64,000 nucleotides of DNA, taken from positions 256,001-320,000 of the forward strand of contig CAXXMV010000003.1 in the NCBI GenBank assembly GCA_963662285.2. Direction: 5' to 3'. The position numbers were made by a program, and so were the translations under genes. The notes beneath the pieces are model-generated. The model worked only from the letters and a program-made list of their open reading frames with translations. It was not told the origin of the DNA and ran no database searches. The DNA is from a bacterium. GTDB lineage: Bacteria > Hinthialibacterota > Hinthialibacteria > Hinthialibacterales > Hinthialibacteraceae. Shown piece by piece: positions 55,830-64,000 of this stretch (position 1 is the stretch's first letter; each line of letters starts with the position of its first letter).

Positions 55830-57593
55830 CTATCCTGTGAAATATAGATAAGCAGCAAGAATTATAACCAATAACAGAACTGAAGCAAATATATCCTTCC
55901 AGTCCCAACTGCTGCGTGATTCGCGCCGGTGTTCGTCGCTGATAGTTGCAAAGGTCAATCCGCTCAGTTTGGCCGGATCAGGCGCTGGAGTCATGTAACT
56001 GACGGCTATCATTATAACCACGCAGAACAGGAATATCATCAAACTATAGTATTGGAAATACATATTATTGATGATCCACAGATATGATCCTTCAGTATAT
56101 CCATTTTCAAAACCGGCTAATTTGAGAGAAACAGGAGTATCGATGGCTAGTCGGGTGATGCCAAGAATAAATCCACCGATCAGAGCGGCTAAACATCCTG
56201 CGCCATTGACTCTCTTCATGAATACGCCCAGGAAGAAGACCACGAAGATTGGAGGGGCTATGTAGCCTTGCACGCCTTGCAGGTAATCATATAAACCCCG
56301 TGCGCCTTGAATAACCGGAACCCAGCACAATCCTACGACAACCATAGCCAAGGTGGCCAGACGACCAATCCAAACTAATTGTTGTTGAGTGGCTTTAGGT
56401 CGGAACTTGGAGTATAAGTCCATGGTAAAGAGCGTCGAGGAAGCGTTGAAGACTCCCGCCAGCGAGCTCATCAAAGCGGCCAACAAACCAGCCACTACCA
56501 GCCCGCGTACGCCTACTGGCAATACATGTTTGACCATTAACGGAAAAGCTGCCTGACATTTGTCTGAATCCAAAACGCCGGAAGTGTATATTTCATTAGC
56601 CAATATAGGCGATTTGCCGCTCTGGGCCAGGGCGAAGCATATCATACCGGGGATGATGAAAATAAAAACTGGCAGCAGTTTCAGGAAAGCAGCGGCAATA
56701 CTGCCGCGCCGCGCTTCTTGTTCGTTAGGGGCGCCCAGGGTTCGCTGAACGATGTACTGGTCGGTGCACCAGTACCATAAACCAATAATGGGAGCGCAAA
56801 ACAACATGCCCAACCAGGGATAATTATTATTAAAGTACCATGCCATGCGGCCAGTCTCTTTGACCGGCTGCCAAGTGCTTTCCATACCTTCTGGAATCAG
56901 GGGTTTCCATAGGTTGAACATCTCTGTACCGCAGAATGAGCGCAGTTCGCCCCATCCTCCCAAAGCTTTCAAGCCAAAATAGGTCACCAGGACGGAACCA
57001 AGCACCAGAACCACAGTCTGCAAGGCTTCGGTGTAAGCCACCGCCCGCATACCACCCAGGATGGTGTAAAGTCCCGTCAGGATGATGACAGCAAATGATC
57101 CGATCCAGAAACTATCCAATACCACAAAGCCTATATCTAACTGGACGTCGGGCAGCAGGGTGCGGAACACGATTCCGCCCGCAAAGATGCCCACTGCTAC
57201 TTTGGTCAGTACATAGGCCACTAGTGATATGATGGATAGAATCCAGCGGGCAGTTTCATTGTATCGTTTCTCCAGAAACTCAGGCATGGTGAAGACCTTG
57301 GAACGGGCGTAAAAAGGCACGAAAACCCATCCCAACACCAGAAGGCACCATGCGTGCAGTTCGTAATGAGCCATAGCCACGCCGTCGGTGCAGCCCGAAC
57401 CAGCCAAGCCGACCAGATGCTCTGAACCGATGTTGGAAGCGAAAATCGACGCTCCAACAATAAACCACCCCAAATTTCTTCCAGCCAGGAAATAATCATC
57501 GGTTGTACTTTTGCTTTTTAGAATAACCCACCAGGCCAAGCCAAAAAGCAGCAGGAAGTATCCCGCTATCATAATCCAATCAAGTAGTTGCAT
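55830..57593 (-). CDS. Sodium:solute symporter (SGLT-like)
   Basis: YFLAGR, ASNIGSEHLVGLAG, WYWCTDQYIVQR, LAALMSSL. Confidence 0.93.
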   Translation of the reverse strand: MQLLDWIMIAGYFLLLFGLAWWVILKSKSTTDDYFLAGRNLGWFIVGASIFASNIGSEHLVGLAGSGCTDGVAMAHYELHAWCLLVLGWVFVPFYARSKVFTMPEFLEKRYNETARWILSIISLVAYVLTKVAVGIFAGGIVFRTLLPDVQLDIGFVVLDSFWIGSFAVIILTGLYTILGGMRAVAYTEALQTVVLVLGSVLVTYFGLKALGGWGELRSFCGTEMFNLWKPLIPEGMESTWQPVKETGRMAWYFNNNYPWLGMLFCAPIIGLWYWCTDQYIVQRTLGAPNEQEARRGSIAAAFLKLLPVFIFIIPGMICFALAQSGKSPILANEIYTSGVLDSDKCQAAFPLMVKHVLPVGVRGLVVAGLLAALMSSLAGVFNASSTLFTMDLYSKFRPKATQQQLVWIGRLATLAMVVVGLCWVPVIQGARGLYDYLQGVQGYIAPPIFVVFFLGVFMKRVNGAGCLAALIGGFILGITRLAIDTPVSLKLAGFENGYTEGSYLWIINNMYFQYYSLMIFLFCVVIMIAVSYMTPAPDPAKLSGLTFATISDEHRRESRSSWDWKDIFASVLLLVIILAAYLYFTG

Positions 57594-57923
57594 TGCTCCC
57601 GCCTTTCGATATCACGATAAGTTAATAAAAATCATGTAATTGCCGCAGTGATATGCGCGTTTATAGATTTGTTTTGTCTAAAATTCGATAATTTCCGCAA
57701 TTTAGGATACCCAAATCAACGCATTTTACATGGACAATCGTTCTAGAATAATCAAATTTGTCTAGTTTCTGCAAGTGCTTTCGGTTCATTATTGTTAGAT
57801 TCAACAGAGAAAAATTTTCTGCTCTTCTTCTATTTATGAGATTTTTTTGACATAATCGTAATCTGTTGCTGTTCTAATATATTTAATCGCTACCAATAGC
57901 ATCGACAGAAATAGGAGAATTGA

Positions 57924-59546
57924 ATGTCTATAACTGGATTGGATTATGCTGTATTTCTTGGATATTTCTTTGTCGTTATATCCATCGCTCTCTGGGTTTC
58001 CCGCAAGCCGAAAGGTGAGGAACGAACCTCAGAGGATTTCTTTCTCGCGGGACGCGCTCTACCCTGGTGGATCATTGGAACCTCGCTAATCGCTTCCAAT
58101 ATCTCCGCTGAACAGATGATCGGTATGACTGGTTCGGCTTTTGCGGGAGGGTTGGCAGTCGTGTCATACGAATGGATGGCCGCTGTAACCCTGTTGATTG
58201 TGGCCAAATGGATGCTGCCCGTCTTCTTGAAAATGAAGATATACAGTATGCCGCAGTATCTGGAAGAACGTTTTGACAAACGGGTCAGTATGAGTTTGGG
58301 GCTATTTTGGCTGTTGGTCTGGGTATTCGTTAACCTTACATCAATTTCCTACCTGGGCGCTTTGACGCTCAATAACCTGATCGGCGCTGATTTCCTGGCG
58401 TTGACTGGAGTACAGTATCAATTATGGCACGGCGTGGTAGGACTCTTCCTGATTTCTTTCATTTATACCTTAACCGGCGGTTTAACGGCGGTAGCCTGGA
58501 CCGACATTATTCAGGTTGCGGTTCTGTTTATCGGTGGTCTGGCTGTGACATACTTTGGCCTGAGCGCCATGAGCGATGGCGGCGGTCTGGTAGCCGGATT
58601 CAACGCTTTATGGCAACAAACGCCTGATCATTTTCATACTGTGATGTCATGGGATCATAAAGAATATCCCTGGATCGGCATCTTTTTCGGCGGCATGTGG
58701 GCGGCTAATTTGGGTTACTGGGGCTGCAATCAGTATATTATCCAGCGCGCCCTGGCAGGTAAGAATATCAAGGAAGCCCAATATGGTCTGGTCTTCGCAG
58801 CTTTCCTGAAAGTTATCGTTCCCATCGTTGTATTGCTGCCGGGCATCGTGGCTTTCGCCATGTTCAAAGACATTATTAGCAAACCCGACGAAGCTTATTC
58901 CATCCTGATTAGTAAGTTAGTTCCTGCCGGATTCATCGGTTTGATCGTAGCCGCTATCGTCGCCGCCATCATCTCTTCACTTAATTCGATGGTCAACAGC
59001 ATCGCCACTGTCTTTACTATGGATATTTACCGAAAGATCAAACCACATTCTTCGGAAAGTATGCTAGTCCGCATTGGTCGCATAACTTCGGTGGTTGTAG
59101 TATGCATCGCCGCTTGCATCGCACCCTATTTTGAGAACCTGGATCAGGTTTTCCAATATATTCAGGAATACACCGGTATGGTCACGCCGGGCGTTGTAGC
59201 GATCTTCTTCTTTGGTCTATTCTGGAAAAGAGCAACTTCGACGGCTGCGTTGTGTATGGCGATTCTGACAATTCCGATTTCGGCTGCATTAAAATTCCTG
59301 CCTCCTTATCTGAATGTTGAATCATTATTATTCCGTTTCTTGAATCCATTCATGAATCAGATGGGCGTAGCCACGGTTATTATATTGATTTTGGGATATA
59401 TCATCTCCATGTCAACCGAACACAAACCTCATGAATCATACGATAAGATGGAGGAGAGCGTCTCCTACAGAACATCTATGCTGTTCAATGTATACGCAAC
59501 TCTCATACTGGGCGTATTAGCCGCCTTGTATATCATATTCTTCTAG
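57924..59546 (+). CDS. Sodium/sugar symporter (SSS family)
   Basis: FFLAGRALPWW, ASNISAEQMIG, YWGCNQYIIQRAL. Confidence 0.93.
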   Translation: MSITGLDYAVFLGYFFVVISIALWVSRKPKGEERTSEDFFLAGRALPWWIIGTSLIASNISAEQMIGMTGSAFAGGLAVVSYEWMAAVTLLIVAKWMLPVFLKMKIYSMPQYLEERFDKRVSMSLGLFWLLVWVFVNLTSISYLGALTLNNLIGADFLALTGVQYQLWHGVVGLFLISFIYTLTGGLTAVAWTDIIQVAVLFIGGLAVTYFGLSAMSDGGGLVAGFNALWQQTPDHFHTVMSWDHKEYPWIGIFFGGMWAANLGYWGCNQYIIQRALAGKNIKEAQYGLVFAAFLKVIVPIVVLLPGIVAFAMFKDIISKPDEAYSILISKLVPAGFIGLIVAAIVAAIISSLNSMVNSIATVFTMDIYRKIKPHSSESMLVRIGRITSVVVVCIAACIAPYFENLDQVFQYIQEYTGMVTPGVVAIFFFGLFWKRATSTAALCMAILTIPISAALKFLPPYLNVESLLFRFLNPFMNQMGVATVIILILGYIISMSTEHKPHESYDKMEESVSYRTSMLFNVYATLILGVLAALYIIFF

Positions 59547-59582
59547 AATGACATAGTAGTTGAGTATTATACGTAGATTAAT

Positions 59583-59616
59583 AAAGCCCCGTGGATGTGT
59601 ATTCACGGGGCTTTTT
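59583..59616 (+). terminator. Intrinsic terminator
   Basis: aaagccccgtgga-tgtgta-ttcacggggcttttt. Confidence 0.8.
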
Positions 59617-59664
59617 ATATATGGCAGAGCAATTATACGAGCGAGCCGGGCGCTGATTAAAAAA

Positions 59665-59752
59665 TGTCTGAATCTGGATACCCCGGATTAGCAGGATACT
59701 CAGGCTTTTTCATCATGAGCATCGTTTCATCCTGGGTATCATGATTCAGATA
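59665..59752. repeat. Short inverted-repeat element (MITE-like)
   Basis: tgtctgaatctggataccccggat...atcctgggtatcatgattcagata. Confidence 0.5.
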
Positions 59753-60024
59753 AAAATTACTCTAAATACATGTAAATCTAATATATTCAATAAGTAAAAT
59801 GACATAAATCAAGAATATTGTATAATTATTCGCCCGAATCACCCAATGACTTTTATTGAATAATCATGATTGTAATCAATTTTTTCAATGAAACAGGTTG
59901 ACTAAGTACGACTATTTATGGAAGAATCCTTATATAGATTATTTACAAAAAGATTCTGTTGCGTCTTCAGTAATAAATCTCGTACATAATGTTTTATCAA
60001 AGCAATATTTTATGGAGGTATAGA

Positions 60025-61401
60025 ATGGAAAAGCTTGATCAAAAATCCGCATTGAATAGCCGAACCAGCCGCCGGTCGTTTTTACAAACAACCGCTGTTG
60101 TAGGAGCCGCCGTAACTGCTCCAATGTTTATTCCCGCCAAGACATTGGGGAGAGGTAATGCGACAGGACCGAATGACAAAATCATTTTGGGTGGTATAGG
60201 CATAGGTGGTCGTGGATCGTACGATTTAAAAAATTTCATACTTGAAGAAGATGTGCATTTTGTAGCGACTTGCGACCCGCAAAGAGCGAGAGCCCAAAAA
60301 GTCAAAGAATTCGTTGACGAACGTTACGGTAATAATGACGTAAAAGTTTACCATAACATGTTCGAATTTTTAGAACAACGCACGGATGTCGATGTAGTTC
60401 TCAGTACAACGGGCGACCGTTGGCATGCGACCGCCGCCGTTCATGCTATGCGCGCCGGAAAAGATATCTATTCTGAAAAGCCATCTTCGATGACTGTTGC
60501 TGAAGGACAAGCAGTTGTAGAAACCGCGAAACAGTATGGCCGAATTTATCAAACGGGAGCGCAACGTTTGAGTGAAGCGCCTTTCACGTTCTGCAACGAA
60601 ATGCTGAGACTGGGCCGCTTGGGAGAAATCAAAGAAGTCCGCGCTCATATCGCACCCTGGAATCCAGCCAAAATGCGTCATGACTGGCTGCCGGAAGAAA
60701 AAATGCCAGCCATAGAAGAATGCGATTGGGATCACTGGTTGGGACCCTGCCCGTGGAGACCCTACAATAGTAGTTATGTAAAAGGTGGTTGGCGTGGATT
60801 CTATGATTATCACACCAGCTGCATTGGTGAATGGGGCGCCCATACTTTCCCTCAATGCCAGGTGGCATTGGGTCTGGGTGAGACGTCAGGTTGTGAATAT
60901 ACCTATGTTGATAATGATTCAGGCGATCAAATGCCTATTAAGTTTGAAAACGGAATGACCATGATCCTGGAACGTGAAAACATCTATCCAGAAGACGCCA
61001 AACTGAAATACTTCCGTAAAGGCGGCTCTTGCGCCGTACATTTCCTGGGTACTGATGGCTGGGTTGCTTGCGGCGATGGCTATGAGCGTCCTGATGTATC
61101 CGATCCAAAAATGTTGGATGACTATGACAAAATAGTTGATGCATATATTGAACGTACAGGTCGGCCGGTTCGCGGCTCAATGCGTCATATACGTAATTTA
61201 TTGGATTGCGTTAAAAACCGGAAGAAAACGGTTGCCAACGAAGTTGTCATGCATCGAACCATGACAACAGTTCACGCTGCGAATATTTGCATGTGGCTAG
61301 GCCGGGATCTGAAATTTGATCCTAAAACTGAACGCTTCGTGAATGATGATGAAGCTAACCGCTATCTCGCCAGAGCGCAAAGAACGCCTTGGGCTATGTA
61401 A
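60025..61401 (+). CDS. Gfo/Idh/MocA oxidoreductase with Tat signal
   Basis: SRRSFL; GIGGRG, DRWH, YSEKP, DWDHWLGP, GEWGAH; RBS ggagg. Confidence 0.9.
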   Translation: MEKLDQKSALNSRTSRRSFLQTTAVVGAAVTAPMFIPAKTLGRGNATGPNDKIILGGIGIGGRGSYDLKNFILEEDVHFVATCDPQRARAQKVKEFVDERYGNNDVKVYHNMFEFLEQRTDVDVVLSTTGDRWHATAAVHAMRAGKDIYSEKPSSMTVAEGQAVVETAKQYGRIYQTGAQRLSEAPFTFCNEMLRLGRLGEIKEVRAHIAPWNPAKMRHDWLPEEKMPAIEECDWDHWLGPCPWRPYNSSYVKGGWRGFYDYHTSCIGEWGAHTFPQCQVALGLGETSGCEYTYVDNDSGDQMPIKFENGMTMILERENIYPEDAKLKYFRKGGSCAVHFLGTDGWVACGDGYERPDVSDPKMLDDYDKIVDAYIERTGRPVRGSMRHIRNLLDCVKNRKKTVANEVVMHRTMTTVHAANICMWLGRDLKFDPKTERFVNDDEANRYLARAQRTPWAM

Positions 61402-61420
61402 GTGAAAGGAGATCAAACGA

Positions 61421-61999
61421 ATGTTAGAAGATAAACTTATAGAAACAATCCAAGACGAGAAGGCTGAGTTTTTTGACCGCATGGACGCCTGTCGTCAATT
61501 GGGAACTATTGGAAGCAAAAAATCCATCAAACCACTGGCCTCTTTATTGCATGGAGACGAAAGATTGGCTCACATGGCGCGTTATGGATTAGAAACTAAT
61601 CCAGATCCATCTGTGGATAAAGTTCTTCGTATAGCAATGGAAGGAGCGGAAGGCAGAAACCTGATGGGAATTATGCTTTCCTTGGGCCAACGCCGCGACA
61701 ATAAATCTGTTGATCTAATCGCTCAACATTTAGGCAGTCAAGATAAAGAGATTTCTGGATTTGCGGCCAAAGCGTTAGGTCAAATTGGAACCAAAGATGC
61801 ATTCAATGCGCTTCGCAGCGTTTTCCGCGACGGTGGAATCGAGGATCGCGCAGGATTATATGAAGGCATCCTTCGTTGCGCAAACCGGTTCGAAAAAACT
61901 GACAAAGAAGCCGCCTTGCAAATTTATGAAAATTTACAAAAAGGCAACGCACCAGATTATGTAAAGTTTGGAGCCAAAGCAGGCGCTAAACGCGTGTAA
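61421..61999 (+). CDS. HEAT-repeat protein
   Basis: ACRQLGTIG, MARYGLE, SLGQRRD, AAKALGQIG repeats. Confidence 0.75.
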   Translation: MLEDKLIETIQDEKAEFFDRMDACRQLGTIGSKKSIKPLASLLHGDERLAHMARYGLETNPDPSVDKVLRIAMEGAEGRNLMGIMLSLGQRRDNKSVDLIAQHLGSQDKEISGFAAKALGQIGTKDAFNALRSVFRDGGIEDRAGLYEGILRCANRFEKTDKEAALQIYENLQKGNAPDYVKFGAKAGAKRV

Positions 62000-62038
62000 T
62001 GACTTAGAGTATCAAGCATAAGTAAGCATAATAATAAC

Positions 62039-62071
62039 ATAGGGTGGGTCGCGTTCTTTGACCCACCCTAT
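62039..62071. repeat. REP-derived hairpin between convergent genes
   Basis: atagggtgggtc-gcgttcttt-gacccaccctat. Confidence 0.7.
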
Positions 62072-62084
62072 TATTTTCATCTCT

Positions 62085-63992
62085 CTATTCAGTTATCGGC
62101 TCTCCCAAGGCATCCACCGGATTTTCAATGCTCAGTTTCTCTTCAGGAATCAGCGCAGCCAGATCGGGCAGATCGTAATATTTCAAGGCGCCGTGAACCG
62201 TGTTGATTAGTTGGTTTCGGTTCATGGTGTTATGAATTACGTTGGACCATGAGATAAGTGAATTTTTGATTTTGACTGATGCAAACATGTCATGCTCCAG
62301 CGCGGCGGCATGTAATGCTGACGGCCCGGTTTCTCCATAGGAGACCAGATGAAGTTTTAATGGTTTATCTTCTACAGATAGCAGCTGAATATATTGCGCG
62401 CAGTCCAGGATATCCCCGGTTCTCATGCCGACGTAAGTTTTATCGAGCATGTAGGCCGAGAAATAATCTTGCCATCCCATTCCAAAATGCAGGTTGAAAC
62501 CTTTGCCGTCAGACGGGCGAACTGTTTCGCCGACGCCGCGCAGGTCAACCGCGAAAACCTTTTTACCTTCTCTGAGATATCCCTCAATCTCTTCTAATGC
62601 AGCATCCTTGCCCTTATCGTTGAGGTATAGAATTACCTCATTACTTGCGTTATCTGATCCGGTTGTGAAGAAGAGAGCGGGGAGCGCAATTCCCGGTTCA
62701 GGTTTTAATATTATCTTGTTGACATAGAAATCATTCCATTTCTGGCGTTCATCAATTTCAATGTCGGCGTTAAATTCTTCTAGCGCCTTGATTCCAGCCA
62801 GTTCCCGCACTTTATCCAATACTTTGTCCACTGGATTATCAGCCCAGAAACTTTTGCGTTGCTGCGCCAGTTTCTCTTCCAGTTCCAGATTAAGATCATA
62901 CACTGACCGGGCGCCTTGCATTAACATAACCTGACCTTTTTCGGAGCATTGCATCTGTTCGTCTGCAAGTATGGGGAAATCCGGTTCGGTTATGGGCGCA
63001 TCGATGCCGCGCAGCCAGCGCAGCATCCAGCGGGTCATGCCCACGCGCAGTTGAGTGCTGAAGCCATGAGTCATATCAGTCTCGACCAGGTTCATCCGTT
63101 CGGCGAAGCCCAGTCGTGAATAAAAGCGTTTGGCCTGCCGGAAGGCGTACCAGGCGCCTTTGATGTCGAAGAAGTCGCGGGTGGCGGTGCACATCAAGGT
63201 GGGCCAGGGGGCGCGCATCATGATGTAATCGGCGTGATCCATACCAAAGGCGATCTGGCCATGAATATTCTGTTCGGCGTCCTGGGGCGCCTGATTTCTC
63301 AGGGTGGTGATATAACAGCTGGGCGCTGCGCAGGCTACGCGCTCATCCAGCGCCATAATATAACTGGTCAAGGTTCCGCCGCCGGAATTGCCCGTGCAGC
63401 CGATGCGATTGGCATCAATATCATCGCGGCTCACTAGATAATCGATGCTGCGCATTCCATCCCAAACGCGGTACATGGCGGTGTTGCGTCCCACCAGAAT
63501 GCTGCCAACTCCGGCCATAGTGTGTCCAATAGTTCCGCCGATAAGCGGCGTGTTATCCGGTTTTAGCAACTGATACCGCTCTCCCTGGTCTATGGGATCA
63601 TAGCAGAGCACCGCAAAACCGTTCTTAGCCAGCAGGATGCAACTGCGCTGGTAGGCTTCTTCCGCTTTACCATTGTTACTGTGTCCACATGGGAAGAGTA
63701 CTGCTGGATATGGCGCTCTGCCTTCGGGAAGATAGAGCACGGCAGTGACGAAATGATTGGGCTGGCTCTCATATATTATCTTCTCCATACGGTAATCATC
63801 AAAACTGAGTTTTCCGGTTATCTGCGCGTTCAGTGGAGTACGTTCGGGAAAGCCGCCCAGCTGATCGATGAAGAATTGCTTCATCCTGGACTGATGCTCC
63901 AGTAATTGTGCGTCCGTTTTCAATTCTTCATAGGCTGCTTCACGAAGGTCGAATGCTTCATAGGTCAGATTGCGTAAATAGGACGTCATCAT
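62085..63992 (-). CDS. Acetylxylan esterase-like alpha/beta hydrolase; true start probably beyond the window end
   Basis: PCGHS..GK, DPIDQGER, GNSGGG nucleophile elbow, DAEQN; second hydrolase-like domain at the C-terminus. Confidence 0.82.
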   Translation of the reverse strand: MMTSYLRNLTYEAFDLREAAYEELKTDAQLLEHQSRMKQFFIDQLGGFPERTPLNAQITGKLSFDDYRMEKIIYESQPNHFVTAVLYLPEGRAPYPAVLFPCGHSNNGKAEEAYQRSCILLAKNGFAVLCYDPIDQGERYQLLKPDNTPLIGGTIGHTMAGVGSILVGRNTAMYRVWDGMRSIDYLVSRDDIDANRIGCTGNSGGGTLTSYIMALDERVACAAPSCYITTLRNQAPQDAEQNIHGQIAFGMDHADYIMMRAPWPTLMCTATRDFFDIKGAWYAFRQAKRFYSRLGFAERMNLVETDMTHGFSTQLRVGMTRWMLRWLRGIDAPITEPDFPILADEQMQCSEKGQVMLMQGARSVYDLNLELEEKLAQQRKSFWADNPVDKVLDKVRELAGIKALEEFNADIEIDERQKWNDFYVNKIILKPEPGIALPALFFTTGSDNASNEVILYLNDKGKDAALEEIEGYLREGKKVFAVDLRGVGETVRPSDGKGFNLHFGMGWQDYFSAYMLDKTYVGMRTGDILDCAQYIQLLSVEDKPLKLHLVSYGETGPSALHAAALEHDMFASVKIKNSLISWSNVIHNTMNRNQLINTVHGALKYYDLPDLAALIPEEKLSIENPVDALGEPITE

Positions 63993-64000
63993 CTCCTGAT

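Overview
Bacterial chromosomal segment from a diderm. The likely lineage is PVC-adjacent or candidate-phylum (OLB16/Hinthialibacter/Sumerlaeota-like); this is an inference from the many Tat-signal sugar enzymes, the pilin-like family and the HZS-alpha-like protein. Housekeeping genes: hemB, msrA, radA, a PIN/TRAM gene, mlaEFD, trxB, glnS, gltX. Accessory content: carbohydrate enzymes and transporters, a surface-glycan cluster, an ATPase plus orphan DNA methyltransferase, two type II toxin-antitoxin loci (the ParE toxin has an internal TGA), and a complete IS481 element inserted into a REP-like palindrome. Intergenic DNA carries at least three families of dispersed palindromic repeats. Best leads: (1) a TPR/FxLYD lipoprotein followed by two tandem secretins that both lack N-domains; (2) REP-bounded cargo islets with a local A/C versus G/T compositional skew; (3) an MlaD with a C-terminal beta-barrel-like region; (4) a sigma54-driven orphan gene inside inverted repeats; (5) three genes, including glnS, broken by single-base frameshifts at homopolymers (sequencing error or recoding). 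No rRNA, tRNA or CRISPR array was seen. All calls come from motif reading only; no database searches were run.
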